A DNA stretch of 64,000 nt from an uncultured Prevotella sp. (lineage in GTDB: Bacteria; Bacteroidota; Bacteroidia; Bacteroidales; Bacteroidaceae). The notes under the pieces are model-generated. The model was not told the origin of the DNA. It did not search any database and saw nothing but the letters and a program-made list of their open reading frames with translations. Below, one piece after another: positions 1 through 8,237 of the stretch. Each line of letters begins with the position of its first letter. The first letter of the stretch is position 1. Position numbers and translations under genes: made by a program. The stretch is taken from contig CAJOHJ010000011.1 of NCBI GenBank assembly GCA_905234265.1, forward strand, positions 12,635 to 76,634. The letters are read 5' to 3'.

Positions 1-91
1 ACATGCAGAGATAATTTTTTATCTTACGGAGATAATTTCGTAAGTCATTGAGATAATTTCGTAACACGCAGAGATAATTCCGCAATATGAC
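1..91 (+). repeat. 21-bp-phased repeat array, copy A (4 units of GAGATAATTYCGTAAC + 5 nt); left side cut by window edge
   Basis: Units at 8-28, 29-49, 50-70 and 71-91 each begin GAGATAAT. Positions 1-76 match 30711-30786 at 74/76 positions (hand count). Confidence 0.85.
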
Positions 92-103
92 TGCAGGGCA
101 GGC

Positions 104-292
104 TTATTCCTCGCCCTGCAGTTTTTTTATCTCTGTTTCTGCAGCTGTCAGCCGGTCTTTGCAGAGCTTTATCAGCTGCTGGGCTTTTTTCAGCTGCTCG
201 GCCAGCTGGTCGATGTCGTATTCGTTGGCTTCCATCTTGCTGACGATGGTCTCAAGTTCGCGGAGGGCGTCTTCGTATTTCTTCTGTTCCAT
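104..292 (-). CDS. xseB: Exodeoxyribonuclease VII small subunit
   Basis: 62-aa helical ORF (MEQKKYEDALRELETIVSKME...IDQL...) typical of XseB, directly downstream of xseA. Confidence 0.85.
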   Translation of the reverse strand: MEQKKYEDALRELETIVSKMEANEYDIDQLAEQLKKAQQLIKLCKDRLTAAETEIKKLQGEE

Positions 293-328
293 GGGTGGGA
301 TGGGGTTGATGGGGTTAATGGGCAGTTC
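293..328 (-). repeat. G-free (sense strand) spacer with AACCCCAT repeats between xseA and xseB
   Basis: Plus strand reads GGGTGGGATGGGGTTGATGGGGTTAATGGGC. ATGGGGTT occurs at 300-307 and 309-316, and there is no C on the plus strand from 293 to 322. Confidence 0.8.
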
Positions 329-1561
329 CTATTTGACGACGGAGCGTATGGTGCCATGCTCCACGCGTGTCTCTATCTCGTCGCCGGGCTTCAGGTCGGC
401 GGCATTGCGCACGGCGCGCCCGTTCAGCAGGGTGATGCTGTAGCCTCGGCGCAGCAGCAGTTGCGGGTCGAAGCCCTGCAGCTTCAGCTCAGCCTCTGCC
501 AGCCGGTGGTGCTGCATGGTCAGCCTGTGCTGCAGTGCTGCCGCAAGGCGTGTGCCGGCCATTTCCATGGCGTGCTGACCGCCGGCAATGCGCCGCATGG
601 CCAGTGACGGGATTAGCAGCTGCAGCTGGTTGATGCGCTGTCGCTGCCGGCTGATGTGGTCGGTGACGTAGCGGCCAATGGCAGTCTCGGCCTGCTCCAC
701 GCGCTCCAGTACGCCGTGCAGATGGTCTGTGAGCAGGGCTGCCGCTGCCGTTGGAGTTTTTACACGCGTGTGGCTCACCATGTCCAGAATGCTTTCGTCG
801 CGTTCGTGGCCGATGCCGGTGATGATGGGCAGCGGGAACTGGGCGACATTCTCCGCCAGTGCCAGAGTGTCGAAGCCGCTGAGGTCGGCCGTTGCTCCGC
901 CGCCGCGCAGTATGCAGACGGCATCGAACTCGTCGGCGCGCGAGAAGATGCTGTTCAGTGCGCTGATGACCGACGCCTCCACCTGCTCGCCCTGCATGAC
1001 GGCAGGGAAGAGTGTGACCCGGAACTGCAGGCCGTACTCGTTTTCTTCCAGCTGTCGGCAGAAGTCGCCGTAGCCTGCAGCACTGGCGGCACTGACAACG
1101 GCAATGCGCTGGGCGAACAGCGGCAGCGACAGCTCGCGCTGCATGTCGAAGACACCCTCGGCTTTCAGTTGCCTGATGATTTCCTGTCGGCGGCGTGCCA
1201 TGTCGCCAATGGTGTATGTGGGGTCGATGTCGGTGACAATCCATGAGAAGCCGAAGGTCTCGTGAAACTGTGCGTAGACCTTGAGCAGCACCTTCATGCC
1301 AGCCCTTAGCGGCTGTCCGGCAGTTCTGAGAAAGTGAGGCCCGGCCAGCTGCCACGTCTGTCGCCAGCACTTTGCCGAAGCGCGTGCTATTGGAGTGTTC
1401 GAGCGGTCGTCTTTCTCAATAAGTTCCATGTAGCAGTGGCCTCCGTGTTCGCGACATTCGGAAAGCTCGGCCTCTGCCCAGTATTCGTCGGGCAGGGCGG
1501 CTTCCACGGCGTCGCGGACCATGAGGTTCAGCTGTCGGAGAGTGTAGTGGGGTTCCTGCAT
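329..1561 (-). CDS. xseA: Exodeoxyribonuclease VII large subunit
   Basis: 410 aa with ILRGGGATADLSGFD and PIITGIGHERDESILD motifs characteristic of XseA. Confidence 0.9.
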   Translation of the reverse strand: MQEPHYTLRQLNLMVRDAVEAALPDEYWAEAELSECREHGGHCYMELIEKDDRSNTPIARASAKCWRQTWQLAGPHFLRTAGQPLRAGMKVLLKVYAQFHETFGFSWIVTDIDPTYTIGDMARRRQEIIRQLKAEGVFDMQRELSLPLFAQRIAVVSAASAAGYGDFCRQLEENEYGLQFRVTLFPAVMQGEQVEASVISALNSIFSRADEFDAVCILRGGGATADLSGFDTLALAENVAQFPLPIITGIGHERDESILDMVSHTRVKTPTAAAALLTDHLHGVLERVEQAETAIGRYVTDHISRQRQRINQLQLLIPSLAMRRIAGGQHAMEMAGTRLAAALQHRLTMQHHRLAEAELKLQGFDPQLLLRRGYSITLLNGRAVRNAADLKPGDEIETRVEHGTIRSVVK

Positions 1562-1588
1562 AGCTTTGTAAAGTCGGAAAAGGGCCGT

Positions 1589-3043
1589 TTATTCGGTATA
1601 GAAGGTCGTCTTCTCCCAGTAAGGCGACACATGCTCGGCCTCAACGTACTTGATGAATGCCAGCCAGAAGTTGGGAAGTCCGTAGCCGTAGATGTTGTCG
1701 GGGTGCATGAAGTTGTTGCTGTTCATTCTTATCATGTCCATGACCTCGCAGGCGCTTTTCTGCGGCATGGACTGCCACAGGCAGGCCACCATTCCGCACA
1801 CTACCGGCGCAGCAAACGAAGTCCCCATGCCGCTGGTGATGCCGCCGCGGCCGTTGACGACTCTGGCCGGAGCGCCTATGGCAACGACATCGGGCTTCGT
1901 GCGGCCGTCCTGCGAGGGACCGACACTGCTGAAGGGCGCTATGCGCCGCGTGGGCATGTCGTTGATGGCGCCGACGGCCAGGATGTTGTCGGCATCGGCA
2001 GGCACGCCAATCTTCTTCCACGGACCCATGCCGGAGTTGCCGGCGGAGTTGACGAGTATCATGCCCTTGCCGGCCAGCATTGCCGCCGAGCGGCTGATGA
2101 ATGCTGTCTTGCCGTCGAGCTGCCACAGGCGGTAGGACATCCACTTGTGGTCGTACTCGCTATAGCCCAGCGACGAGTTGATGACGTCGCAGCCCACGGA
2201 GTCGGCAAATTCTGCGGCCATTGTCCAGTAGTCTTCCTCAACCTCCTGCTCCGTGTGCTGGTCCTCGCTGCGCAGCAGCCAGTAGCTGGCCTCGGGAGCA
2301 GTGCCTATGAAGTAGAACGGCTCGTTGACGCCCATCACCGACAGCACCTTGGTGCCGTGGTCGGTCTCGGCGAACAGCTTCGGCTCGTCGGGGTCGACAA
2401 AGTCGCGCCAGCCGCGGATGTCTATCTTCTGTATGCACGGGATGCGGTCGGCGTTCTTGAAGCCTCCGTCGATGACGGCAATCATCATGCCCTTGCCGCG
2501 CAGGCCGAGCGAGTGCAGATTGTCGCCGCCCATGCAGCCAATCTGCTCGTAGGCAGTGCCGTACTTCTGTCCCTCAACGCTGTCGCGCAGCAGGAACTCC
2601 TCGGCATAGTTGGTGCGCGAGCTGGTCTTCACCGTGTCAGGCTCTTTCCACACCATGCGCGTGCCGCTGACGAAGGGCAGCTTCTGCAGCCTGTCGATCA
2701 GCGCGCTGTCGGCAGCACGCACCAGCAGCGTGTTCTGCCAGCGGCTCTGGCCGATGACGTCGAAGCCCTCGCGGGCAACAAGCTTCCTGTATTGGGCAGA
2801 CACGGGCAAGTCGGTGCTGTCGACGGCAAGCTGCTGCCGCCGGCGGCGCTCTATGGCACGGCGCGACAGAAAGGCGCCGGGGCGCGACAGCTGGAAGTTG
2901 CTGCCTTGCTTGTCGGTGAGGTAGACGCGGAAGATGCAGCTGGCAGCTTCCTGTTTCTTGTTTCTTGTACTCTTGCTCCCAGGGCTGCTTGCAATGGCAA
3001 GCAACGACACGGCAAGCAAGACGGCGGTTAGCAGATGACGCAT
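1589..3043 (-). CDS. S8 family (subtilisin-like) serine peptidase, secreted
   Basis: Signal peptide plus the subtilase triad contexts MIAVIDGGF (Asp), DHGTKVLS (His) and GTSFAAPVVCG (Ser). Confidence 0.9.
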   Translation of the reverse strand: MRHLLTAVLLAVSLLAIASSPGSKSTRNKKQEAASCIFRVYLTDKQGSNFQLSRPGAFLSRRAIERRRRQQLAVDSTDLPVSAQYRKLVAREGFDVIGQSRWQNTLLVRAADSALIDRLQKLPFVSGTRMVWKEPDTVKTSSRTNYAEEFLLRDSVEGQKYGTAYEQIGCMGGDNLHSLGLRGKGMMIAVIDGGFKNADRIPCIQKIDIRGWRDFVDPDEPKLFAETDHGTKVLSVMGVNEPFYFIGTAPEASYWLLRSEDQHTEQEVEEDYWTMAAEFADSVGCDVINSSLGYSEYDHKWMSYRLWQLDGKTAFISRSAAMLAGKGMILVNSAGNSGMGPWKKIGVPADADNILAVGAINDMPTRRIAPFSSVGPSQDGRTKPDVVAIGAPARVVNGRGGITSGMGTSFAAPVVCGMVACLWQSMPQKSACEVMDMIRMNSNNFMHPDNIYGYGLPNFWLAFIKYVEAEHVSPYWEKTTFYTE

Positions 3044-3081
3044 GTCTCTTATTGCAATCGATGCATGGTGGTTTTACTCGG

Positions 3082-3089
3082 CAAAAGTA
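3082..3089 (-). promoter_or_regulatory. Bacteroidota -7 box TACTTTTG for the S8-xseA-xseB transcript
   Basis: Plus strand CAAAAGTA is the complement of TAnnTTTG, about 39 nt upstream of the S8 ATG. Confidence 0.5.
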
Positions 3090-3172
3090 AGAAAAAACTG
3101 CTGCAGGACAAAGGAAATGCAAAAAAAACACTCTTTTCATTTGCAATTTTTGGCCGTTAGCGGCATTCTTAG

Positions 3173-3180
3173 TAATTTTG
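3173..3180 (+). promoter_or_regulatory. Bacteroidota -7 box TAATTTTG for yicC-gmk-nadD
   Basis: Matches TAnnTTTG 30 nt upstream of the yicC ATG. Confidence 0.5.
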
Positions 3181-3209
3181 CACGCAATACCTAAACAGCT
3201 AAAAGCATT

Positions 3210-4085
3210 ATGATAATGTCAATGACGGGCTACGGAAAAACATCGGTAGCCTACAACGGAAAGAAAATAAATATTGAAATCAAGTCGCTGAACTCCAAGC
3301 AGCTCGACCTTACCACGCGCATAGCTCCGCTCTACAGGGAGAAGGAAATGGAGGTGCGCCAGCGCATCGGCGAACGCCTTGTGCGCGGAAAGGTGGAGCT
3401 GGCCCTCTGGATAGAGAAGGACGAGCTGGCAGCGGCAGGCACCGTGAACACAAGCCTGCTGGAGAACTACTACCAGCAGCTGCAGGGCTTTGCGCAGGGC
3501 CACGGCCTTGCCAGCGGCACAGACTGGATGCAGGTGCTGATGCGCATGCCCGACGTGCTGTCGAAAACCGAGCAGGAAGTGCTTGACGAGGCAGAATGGA
3601 CGGCTGTCAGCAACGGCATCGACGAAGCCATCGAACACCTGATAACGTTCAGGACACAGGAAGGCGCTGCACTCGAAAAGAAGTTTGCAGAGAAAATTGA
3701 CAACATTGAGCGGCTGATGGGCGACATCGAGAAGTATGAGAAGCTGCGCGTGGAGAAAATACGCTCGCGAATAGTCGACGGCCTCAAGCAGATACCTGAA
3801 GTGGAATACGACAAGAACCGTCTGGAGCAGGAGCTGATATACTACATCGAGAAGCTGGACATCAGCGAGGAAAAGCAGCGCCTGACAAATCATCTGGCTT
3901 ACTTCCGCCAGACAGCTGCCGACCAGCCGGGACAAGGCAAGAAGCTGGGCTTCATAGCGCAGGAGATGGGACGCGAAATCAACACCACAGGCTCGAAATC
4001 GAACTTGGCAGAGATGCAGAACATAGTGGTGATGATGAAAGACGAACTGGAACAGATAAAAGAACAGGTGCTGAACGCACTGTAA
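3210..4085 (+). CDS. yicC: YicC family stress-induced protein
   Basis: N-terminus MTGYGK and C-terminal GREINTTGSKSN...MKDELEQIKEQVLN (DUF1732-like) are typical of YicC. It lies upstream of gmk, as in many bacteria. Confidence 0.85.
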   Translation: MIMSMTGYGKTSVAYNGKKINIEIKSLNSKQLDLTTRIAPLYREKEMEVRQRIGERLVRGKVELALWIEKDELAAAGTVNTSLLENYYQQLQGFAQGHGLASGTDWMQVLMRMPDVLSKTEQEVLDEAEWTAVSNGIDEAIEHLITFRTQEGAALEKKFAEKIDNIERLMGDIEKYEKLRVEKIRSRIVDGLKQIPEVEYDKNRLEQELIYYIEKLDISEEKQRLTNHLAYFRQTAADQPGQGKKLGFIAQEMGREINTTGSKSNLAEMQNIVVMMKDELEQIKEQVLNAL

Positions 4086-4102
4086 CATCATCGGAGGCAG
4101 AA

Positions 4103-4678
4103 ATGAAGAAAGGAAAACTGGTCATATTCAGCGCGCCGTCGGGCAGCGGCAAAAGCACCATCGTGCAGTGGCTGATGAAGGAACACCCTGAGCTTAGGCT
4201 GTACTTCTCCATATCATGCACGTCGAGGGCTCCGCGAGGCACGGAAAGGGACGGAGTGGAATATTTCTTCCTGTCGCCGGAAGATTTCCGCAGGCGCATT
4301 GACGCCGGCGAATTCCTGGAGTTCGAGGAAGTCTATCACGACCGCTTCTACGGCACTCTCAAGGCGCAGGTGGAGCGACAGGCGTCGGCTGGGCAGAACG
4401 TCGTGTTCGACGTCGACGTTAAGGGAGGCGTGAACATCAAGAAGTACTACGGCGACGAGGCGCTGAGCATTTTCATTCAGCCACCGTCGGTAGAGGAACT
4501 GCGGCGCAGACTGGAACTGCGCGCTACCGACAGCCCCGAAGCCATCAGCGAACGGCTTGCAAAGGCTGAGTACGAGCTTACTTTTGCCGACAGCTTCGAC
4601 CACGTGGTCGTCAACGACAGTCTTGACGATGCAAAGGCGGAAACCCTGAGGCTCGTGAAGGCATTCCTCGCAGAGTGA
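4103..4678 (+). CDS. gmk: Guanylate kinase
   Basis: P-loop FSAPSGSGKSTI plus the overall Gmk pattern (SCTSRAPRGTE..G..Y.F). Confidence 0.95.
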   Translation: MKKGKLVIFSAPSGSGKSTIVQWLMKEHPELRLYFSISCTSRAPRGTERDGVEYFFLSPEDFRRRIDAGEFLEFEEVYHDRFYGTLKAQVERQASAGQNVVFDVDVKGGVNIKKYYGDEALSIFIQPPSVEELRRRLELRATDSPEAISERLAKAEYELTFADSFDHVVVNDSLDDAKAETLRLVKAFLAE

Positions 4679-4706
4679 GACGGATCCTTGCAGAATGTCA
4701 CGAATA

Positions 4707-4782
4707 CTGCAAGAATGGAAATGAGTTCTGCAAGAATGGAAATGAATTCTGCAAGAATGGAAATGAATTCTGCAAGAATGAA
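4707..4782 (+). repeat. Tandem 21-bp repeat x3.6 (CTGCAAGAATGGAAATGARTT) abutting the nadD start
   Basis: Units at 4707-4727, 4728-4748 and 4749-4769, with a partial unit at 4770-4782. The array is in frame with nadD and stop-free. Confidence 0.95.
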
Positions 4783-5320
4783 ACGGATTGGACTCTTCGG
4801 CGGTTCCTTCAACCCAATACACAACGGGCATATCGCTCTTGCGCAGGCCGTACTCCGGCAGTGCAGGATAGACGAGGTGTGGCTGATGGTCTCGCCGCAA
4901 AATCCGCTGAAGCCCTCGGCAGCACTGCTCGACGACAAGCTGCGCTACGACATGGCCTGCCGGGCTGTGCAGGATGTCGCCAGCATTAGCGTCAGCGACT
5001 ATGAATTCCATCTGCCAAGGCCATCTTACACGTGGAATACGCTCTGCCACCTGCGCGAAGACTTTCCCGACAGAGTGTTCTCGCTGATTATCGGCGGCGA
5101 CAACTGGGCCGCCTTTACACGATGGCGCCAGTGGCAGAACATTCTCAGCCATCACGACGTAATTGTATATCCTCGCGGCGAGCATCGGGGAACTATCGAA
5201 GTGCCGCTGCTCGACGTCAGCAGCACTCTCGTCAGGCAGAAGGTGCAGAAAGGAGAAAGCATCGACGGTCTTGTGCCGGAAAGCATCGCCGGACTGGTCG
5301 AAAAGCTGTATGCCCGTTGA
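4778..5320 (+). CDS. nadD: Nicotinate-nucleotide adenylyltransferase
   Basis: MKRIGLFGGSFNPIHNGH nucleotidyltransferase motif. The start is chosen at the Met that puts the motif at its usual N-terminal position. The ORF is open back to 4688 through the repeat. Confidence 0.88.
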   Translation: MKRIGLFGGSFNPIHNGHIALAQAVLRQCRIDEVWLMVSPQNPLKPSAALLDDKLRYDMACRAVQDVASISVSDYEFHLPRPSYTWNTLCHLREDFPDRVFSLIIGGDNWAAFTRWRQWQNILSHHDVIVYPRGEHRGTIEVPLLDVSSTLVRQKVQKGESIDGLVPESIAGLVEKLYAR

Positions 5321-5410
5321 TATTCAACCATAAAACAGCGGCATTCTGCCTGTAAATGTTGACATACATTATTAAAAAGAGTACAGAAACATTTTTTTTG
5401 AAAAAATATT

Positions 5411-5432
5411 AGGCCGAATGCGGCCTTTTTTT
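5411..5432 (+). terminator. Intrinsic terminator after nadD
   Basis: Hairpin AGGCCG-AATG-CGGCCT followed by a run of seven T. Confidence 0.7.
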
Positions 5433-5433
5433 G

Positions 5434-5441
5434 TACTTTTG
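5434..5441 (+). promoter_or_regulatory. -7 box TACTTTTG for the purH'-mre operon
   Basis: TAnnTTTG match 51 nt upstream of the ATG at 5492. Confidence 0.5.
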
Positions 5442-5491
5442 CAGTCCACTTCGGAAAATATCAATCATATAACGTTATATACAATTTTTTT

Positions 5492-6085
5492 ATGGCAGAC
5501 AAAAAGCAAATCAAGACAGCACTCGTCTCCGTGTTCCATAAGGACGGACTCGACGAGCTGCTGAAAAAACTGAACGATGAGGGCGTGAAGTTCTTGTCTA
5601 CAGGCGGCACTCAGGCGTTTATCGAATCGCTGGGCTATCAGTGCGAAAAGGTGGAGAACGTAACCACCTATCCCTCTATCCTCGGCGGTCGCGTGAAGAC
5701 GCTGCATCCAAAAGTCTTCGGAGGCATTCTTGCCCGTCGCGACAATGCTGGCGACAGGGAGCAGATGCAGCAGTACGACATTCCAGAGATAGACTTGGTG
5801 ATTGTTGACCTTTATCCGTTTGAGCAGACCGTTGCCAGCGGAGCGTCGGAGCAGGACATAATAGAGAAAATCGACATTGGCGGCATTTCCTTGATACGTG
5901 CTGCGGCAAAGAACTTCGACGACGTGGTGATAGTTCCGTCGAAGGCTGAGTACTCTGTGCTGGCCGACATCCTTGACAAGCAGGGTGCCGCGACTACCCG
6001 TGAGCAGCGCCGCCAGCTGGCTACGCGTGCCTTCGCTGTCAGTTCGCATTACGACACTGCCATCAACGCATGGTTCAATGACTGA
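5492..6085 (+). CDS. purH: IMP cyclohydrolase (MGS-like) domain only; PurH truncated at the interdomain linker
   Basis: KTALVSV.DK.G...L...GV.FLSTGGT...GGRVKTLHPKV.GGIL aligns with the first ~197 residues of PurH. The ORF stops where the AICAR formyltransferase domain should start, and mreB begins 133 bp later. Confidence 0.8.
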   Translation: MADKKQIKTALVSVFHKDGLDELLKKLNDEGVKFLSTGGTQAFIESLGYQCEKVENVTTYPSILGGRVKTLHPKVFGGILARRDNAGDREQMQQYDIPEIDLVIVDLYPFEQTVASGASEQDIIEKIDIGGISLIRAAAKNFDDVVIVPSKAEYSVLADILDKQGAATTREQRRQLATRAFAVSSHYDTAINAWFND

Positions 6086-6218
6086 TGCTGATGCATAGTG
6101 CTTGATGGGGCTGCGCGTCGGCATCGTTGGGCATTGTGTACGTAGCATCGGGCATAGCGGATTTAGACATTACGCATAAGTAATTACGCATTAAGAATTA
6201 AGCATTAAGCATTATATT

Positions 6219-7241
6219 ATGGGATTTTTCAGTTTTGTCCAGGAAATAGCCATGGACTTGGGGACGGCAAACACTATCATTATCAGTGATGACAAGATAG
6301 TTGTCGACGAGCCGTCAGTAGTTGCCCTGGACCGTCATACAGACAAGATGATTGCCGTGGGTTCGCAGGCAAAGATGATGTATGAAAAGACACACGATAA
6401 CATCCGCACCATCCGCCCTCTGCGCGATGGCGTGATAGCCGACTTCTCTGCCTGCGAGCAGATGATGCGCGGACTGATAAAGATGGTGCACACCGGCTCG
6501 CGCCTGTTCTCGCCGTCGCTGCGCATGGTCATCGGAGTGCCCAGTGGCTCTACGGAAGTTGAGCTGCGCGCAGTGCGTGACTCTGCAGAGCATGCCGACG
6601 GCCGCGATGTATATCTTATCTTCGAGCCTATGGCTGCTGCCATCGGCATCGGCATCGACGTGGAAGCGCCAGAGGGAAACATGATTGTAGACATCGGCGG
6701 CGGCTCTACGGAGATTGCAGTTATTTCGCTCGGCGGCATCGTCAGCAACAACTCCATACGTACTGCCGGCGACGATCTCACTGCCGACATTCAGGAATAC
6801 ATGTCGCGCCAGCACAATGTGAAGGTCAGCGAGCGCATGGCCGAGCGCATCAAGATAGCCGTGGGTTCTGCACTGACAGACCTTGGCGATGAGGCTCCCG
6901 AAGACTATGTCGTTCACGGTCCTAACCGCATTACGGCCCTGCCGATGGAAGTGCCTGTCTGCTATCAGGAGATTGCACACTGCATCGACAAGACGGTTGC
7001 CAAGATAGAGAATGCCGTGCTTTCAGCCCTTGAGAACACTCCCCCGGAGCTGTATGCCGACATCGTCAAGAACGGCATCTGGCTCGCCGGCGGCGGAGCG
7101 CTGCTGCGCGGTCTCGATCAGCGCCTTGAGAACAAGATAAACATTCCTTTCCACATTGCCGAGGATCCGCTGCATTCCGTTGCCAAGGGTGCCGGCATAG
7201 CACTTAAGAATGTCAACCGCTTCTCGTTCTTGATGCGTTAA
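6219..7241 (+). CDS. mreB: Rod shape-determining protein MreB
   Basis: MGFFSFVQEIAMDLGTANTII and the actin-fold motifs DIGGGSTEIAV and AGGGALLRGLD. Confidence 0.95.
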   Translation: MGFFSFVQEIAMDLGTANTIIISDDKIVVDEPSVVALDRHTDKMIAVGSQAKMMYEKTHDNIRTIRPLRDGVIADFSACEQMMRGLIKMVHTGSRLFSPSLRMVIGVPSGSTEVELRAVRDSAEHADGRDVYLIFEPMAAAIGIGIDVEAPEGNMIVDIGGGSTEIAVISLGGIVSNNSIRTAGDDLTADIQEYMSRQHNVKVSERMAERIKIAVGSALTDLGDEAPEDYVVHGPNRITALPMEVPVCYQEIAHCIDKTVAKIENAVLSALENTPPELYADIVKNGIWLAGGGALLRGLDQRLENKINIPFHIAEDPLHSVAKGAGIALKNVNRFSFLMR

Positions 7242-7244
7242 GAC

Positions 7245-8114
7245 GTGAAAAACCTCTTAGACTTTCTGTACAGACACCACCACTGGTTGTTGTTCGTGCT
7301 GTTGGAGGCTGTGAGCTTTACACTGCTCTTCAGCAAGAACAACTATCAGGGCAGTGTGTGGTTCTCCACTGCCAATGCGGCCGTGGGCCGGCTTTATGAA
7401 TGGACGTCGTCTGTTGAGTCGTTCTTCAAGCTGAAGTCGGTCAACCAGTCGCTGACACAGCGGAATTTCTATCTGGAGAGGCAGCTGTCTCAGCTGCGCC
7501 GGCTGTACGGAGAGGCTACCCAGAAGACGGATAGTGCAGAGTTGAAGGGGCTGCTCTCGCTGAAAAACTACCAGACGGTGTCTGCGCAGGTCGTAAGCAG
7601 TGAGCTTCACAAGGCCAACAACCTGATGACCATCGACAAAGGCTCCCTTGACGGCGTGGCTGCCGGCATGGGCGTGGCCTGTGGCAGGGGCATCGTTGGC
7701 GTTACATATCTGGTGTCCGACCACTATTCAGTGGTGATACCGGTGCTTAACGTCAAGTCGTCGCGCATCAGCTGTGCCATCCGCGGACATGGATATTTCG
7801 GCGTCTTGCGCTGGTATGGCCAGGAGGCAGGCTATGCCTACGTAGAGGATATACCACGCCATGCGCAATTCAAGCGTGGCGACTGGGTGGAAACGAATGG
7901 CTACTCGACGATATTCCCTCCCGGCGTGCTGGTAGGCAGGATAGTGGAGGTCTACAACTCGCGCGACGGACTGTCGTACAAGCTGAAGGTGGCATTGTCC
8001 ACCGATTTTGGCAATTTGCGCGACGTCGTGGTCATTACCGACCGCACCATCGGCGAGCGCATGCGACTCATGCAGGCAGCACGCGACTCGCTGAAACTGA
8101 ATGTCAGCGAATAG
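7245..8114 (+). CDS. mreC: Rod shape-determining protein MreC (GTG start)
   Basis: N-terminal transmembrane helix, a coiled-coil segment, a C-terminal beta domain, and a position between mreB and mreD. Confidence 0.85.
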   Translation: MKNLLDFLYRHHHWLLFVLLEAVSFTLLFSKNNYQGSVWFSTANAAVGRLYEWTSSVESFFKLKSVNQSLTQRNFYLERQLSQLRRLYGEATQKTDSAELKGLLSLKNYQTVSAQVVSSELHKANNLMTIDKGSLDGVAAGMGVACGRGIVGVTYLVSDHYSVVIPVLNVKSSRISCAIRGHGYFGVLRWYGQEAGYAYVEDIPRHAQFKRGDWVETNGYSTIFPPGVLVGRIVEVYNSRDGLSYKLKVALSTDFGNLRDVVVITDRTIGERMRLMQAARDSLKLNVSE

Positions 8115-8171
8115 TTGTTAAGTTCACAGGTGGCTTCGTCGGGCTAAAGGTTCATAGTATACGATTAAAGC

Positions 8172-8234
8172 TTCACAGTTCACAGCTAAAGGTTCACAGT
8201 TCACAGCTAAAGGTTCACAGTTCATAGCTATTAG
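8172..8234 (+). repeat. Tandem 21-bp repeat x3 (TTCACAGTTCACAGCTAAAGG) ending 3 nt before the mreD ATG
   Basis: 8172-8192 and 8193-8213 are identical, and 8214-8234 has 3 mismatches. Each unit contains the 7-mer TTCACAG twice, and partial copies lie further upstream (8126-8171). Confidence 0.95.
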
Positions 8235-8237
8235 TTA

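Noticed and set aside
1334-3031. 565-aa plus-strand ORF
   Set aside because: It is antisense to the S8 peptidase, which has an intact Asp/His/Ser triad context, so it is a shadow ORF.
4688-4777. N-terminal 30-aa extension of NadD through the 21-bp repeat
   Set aside because: The conserved GxFxPxHxGH motif normally sits within ~10 residues of the NadD N-terminus, so 4778 is the more likely start. The alternative is kept as a finding because the frame is open.
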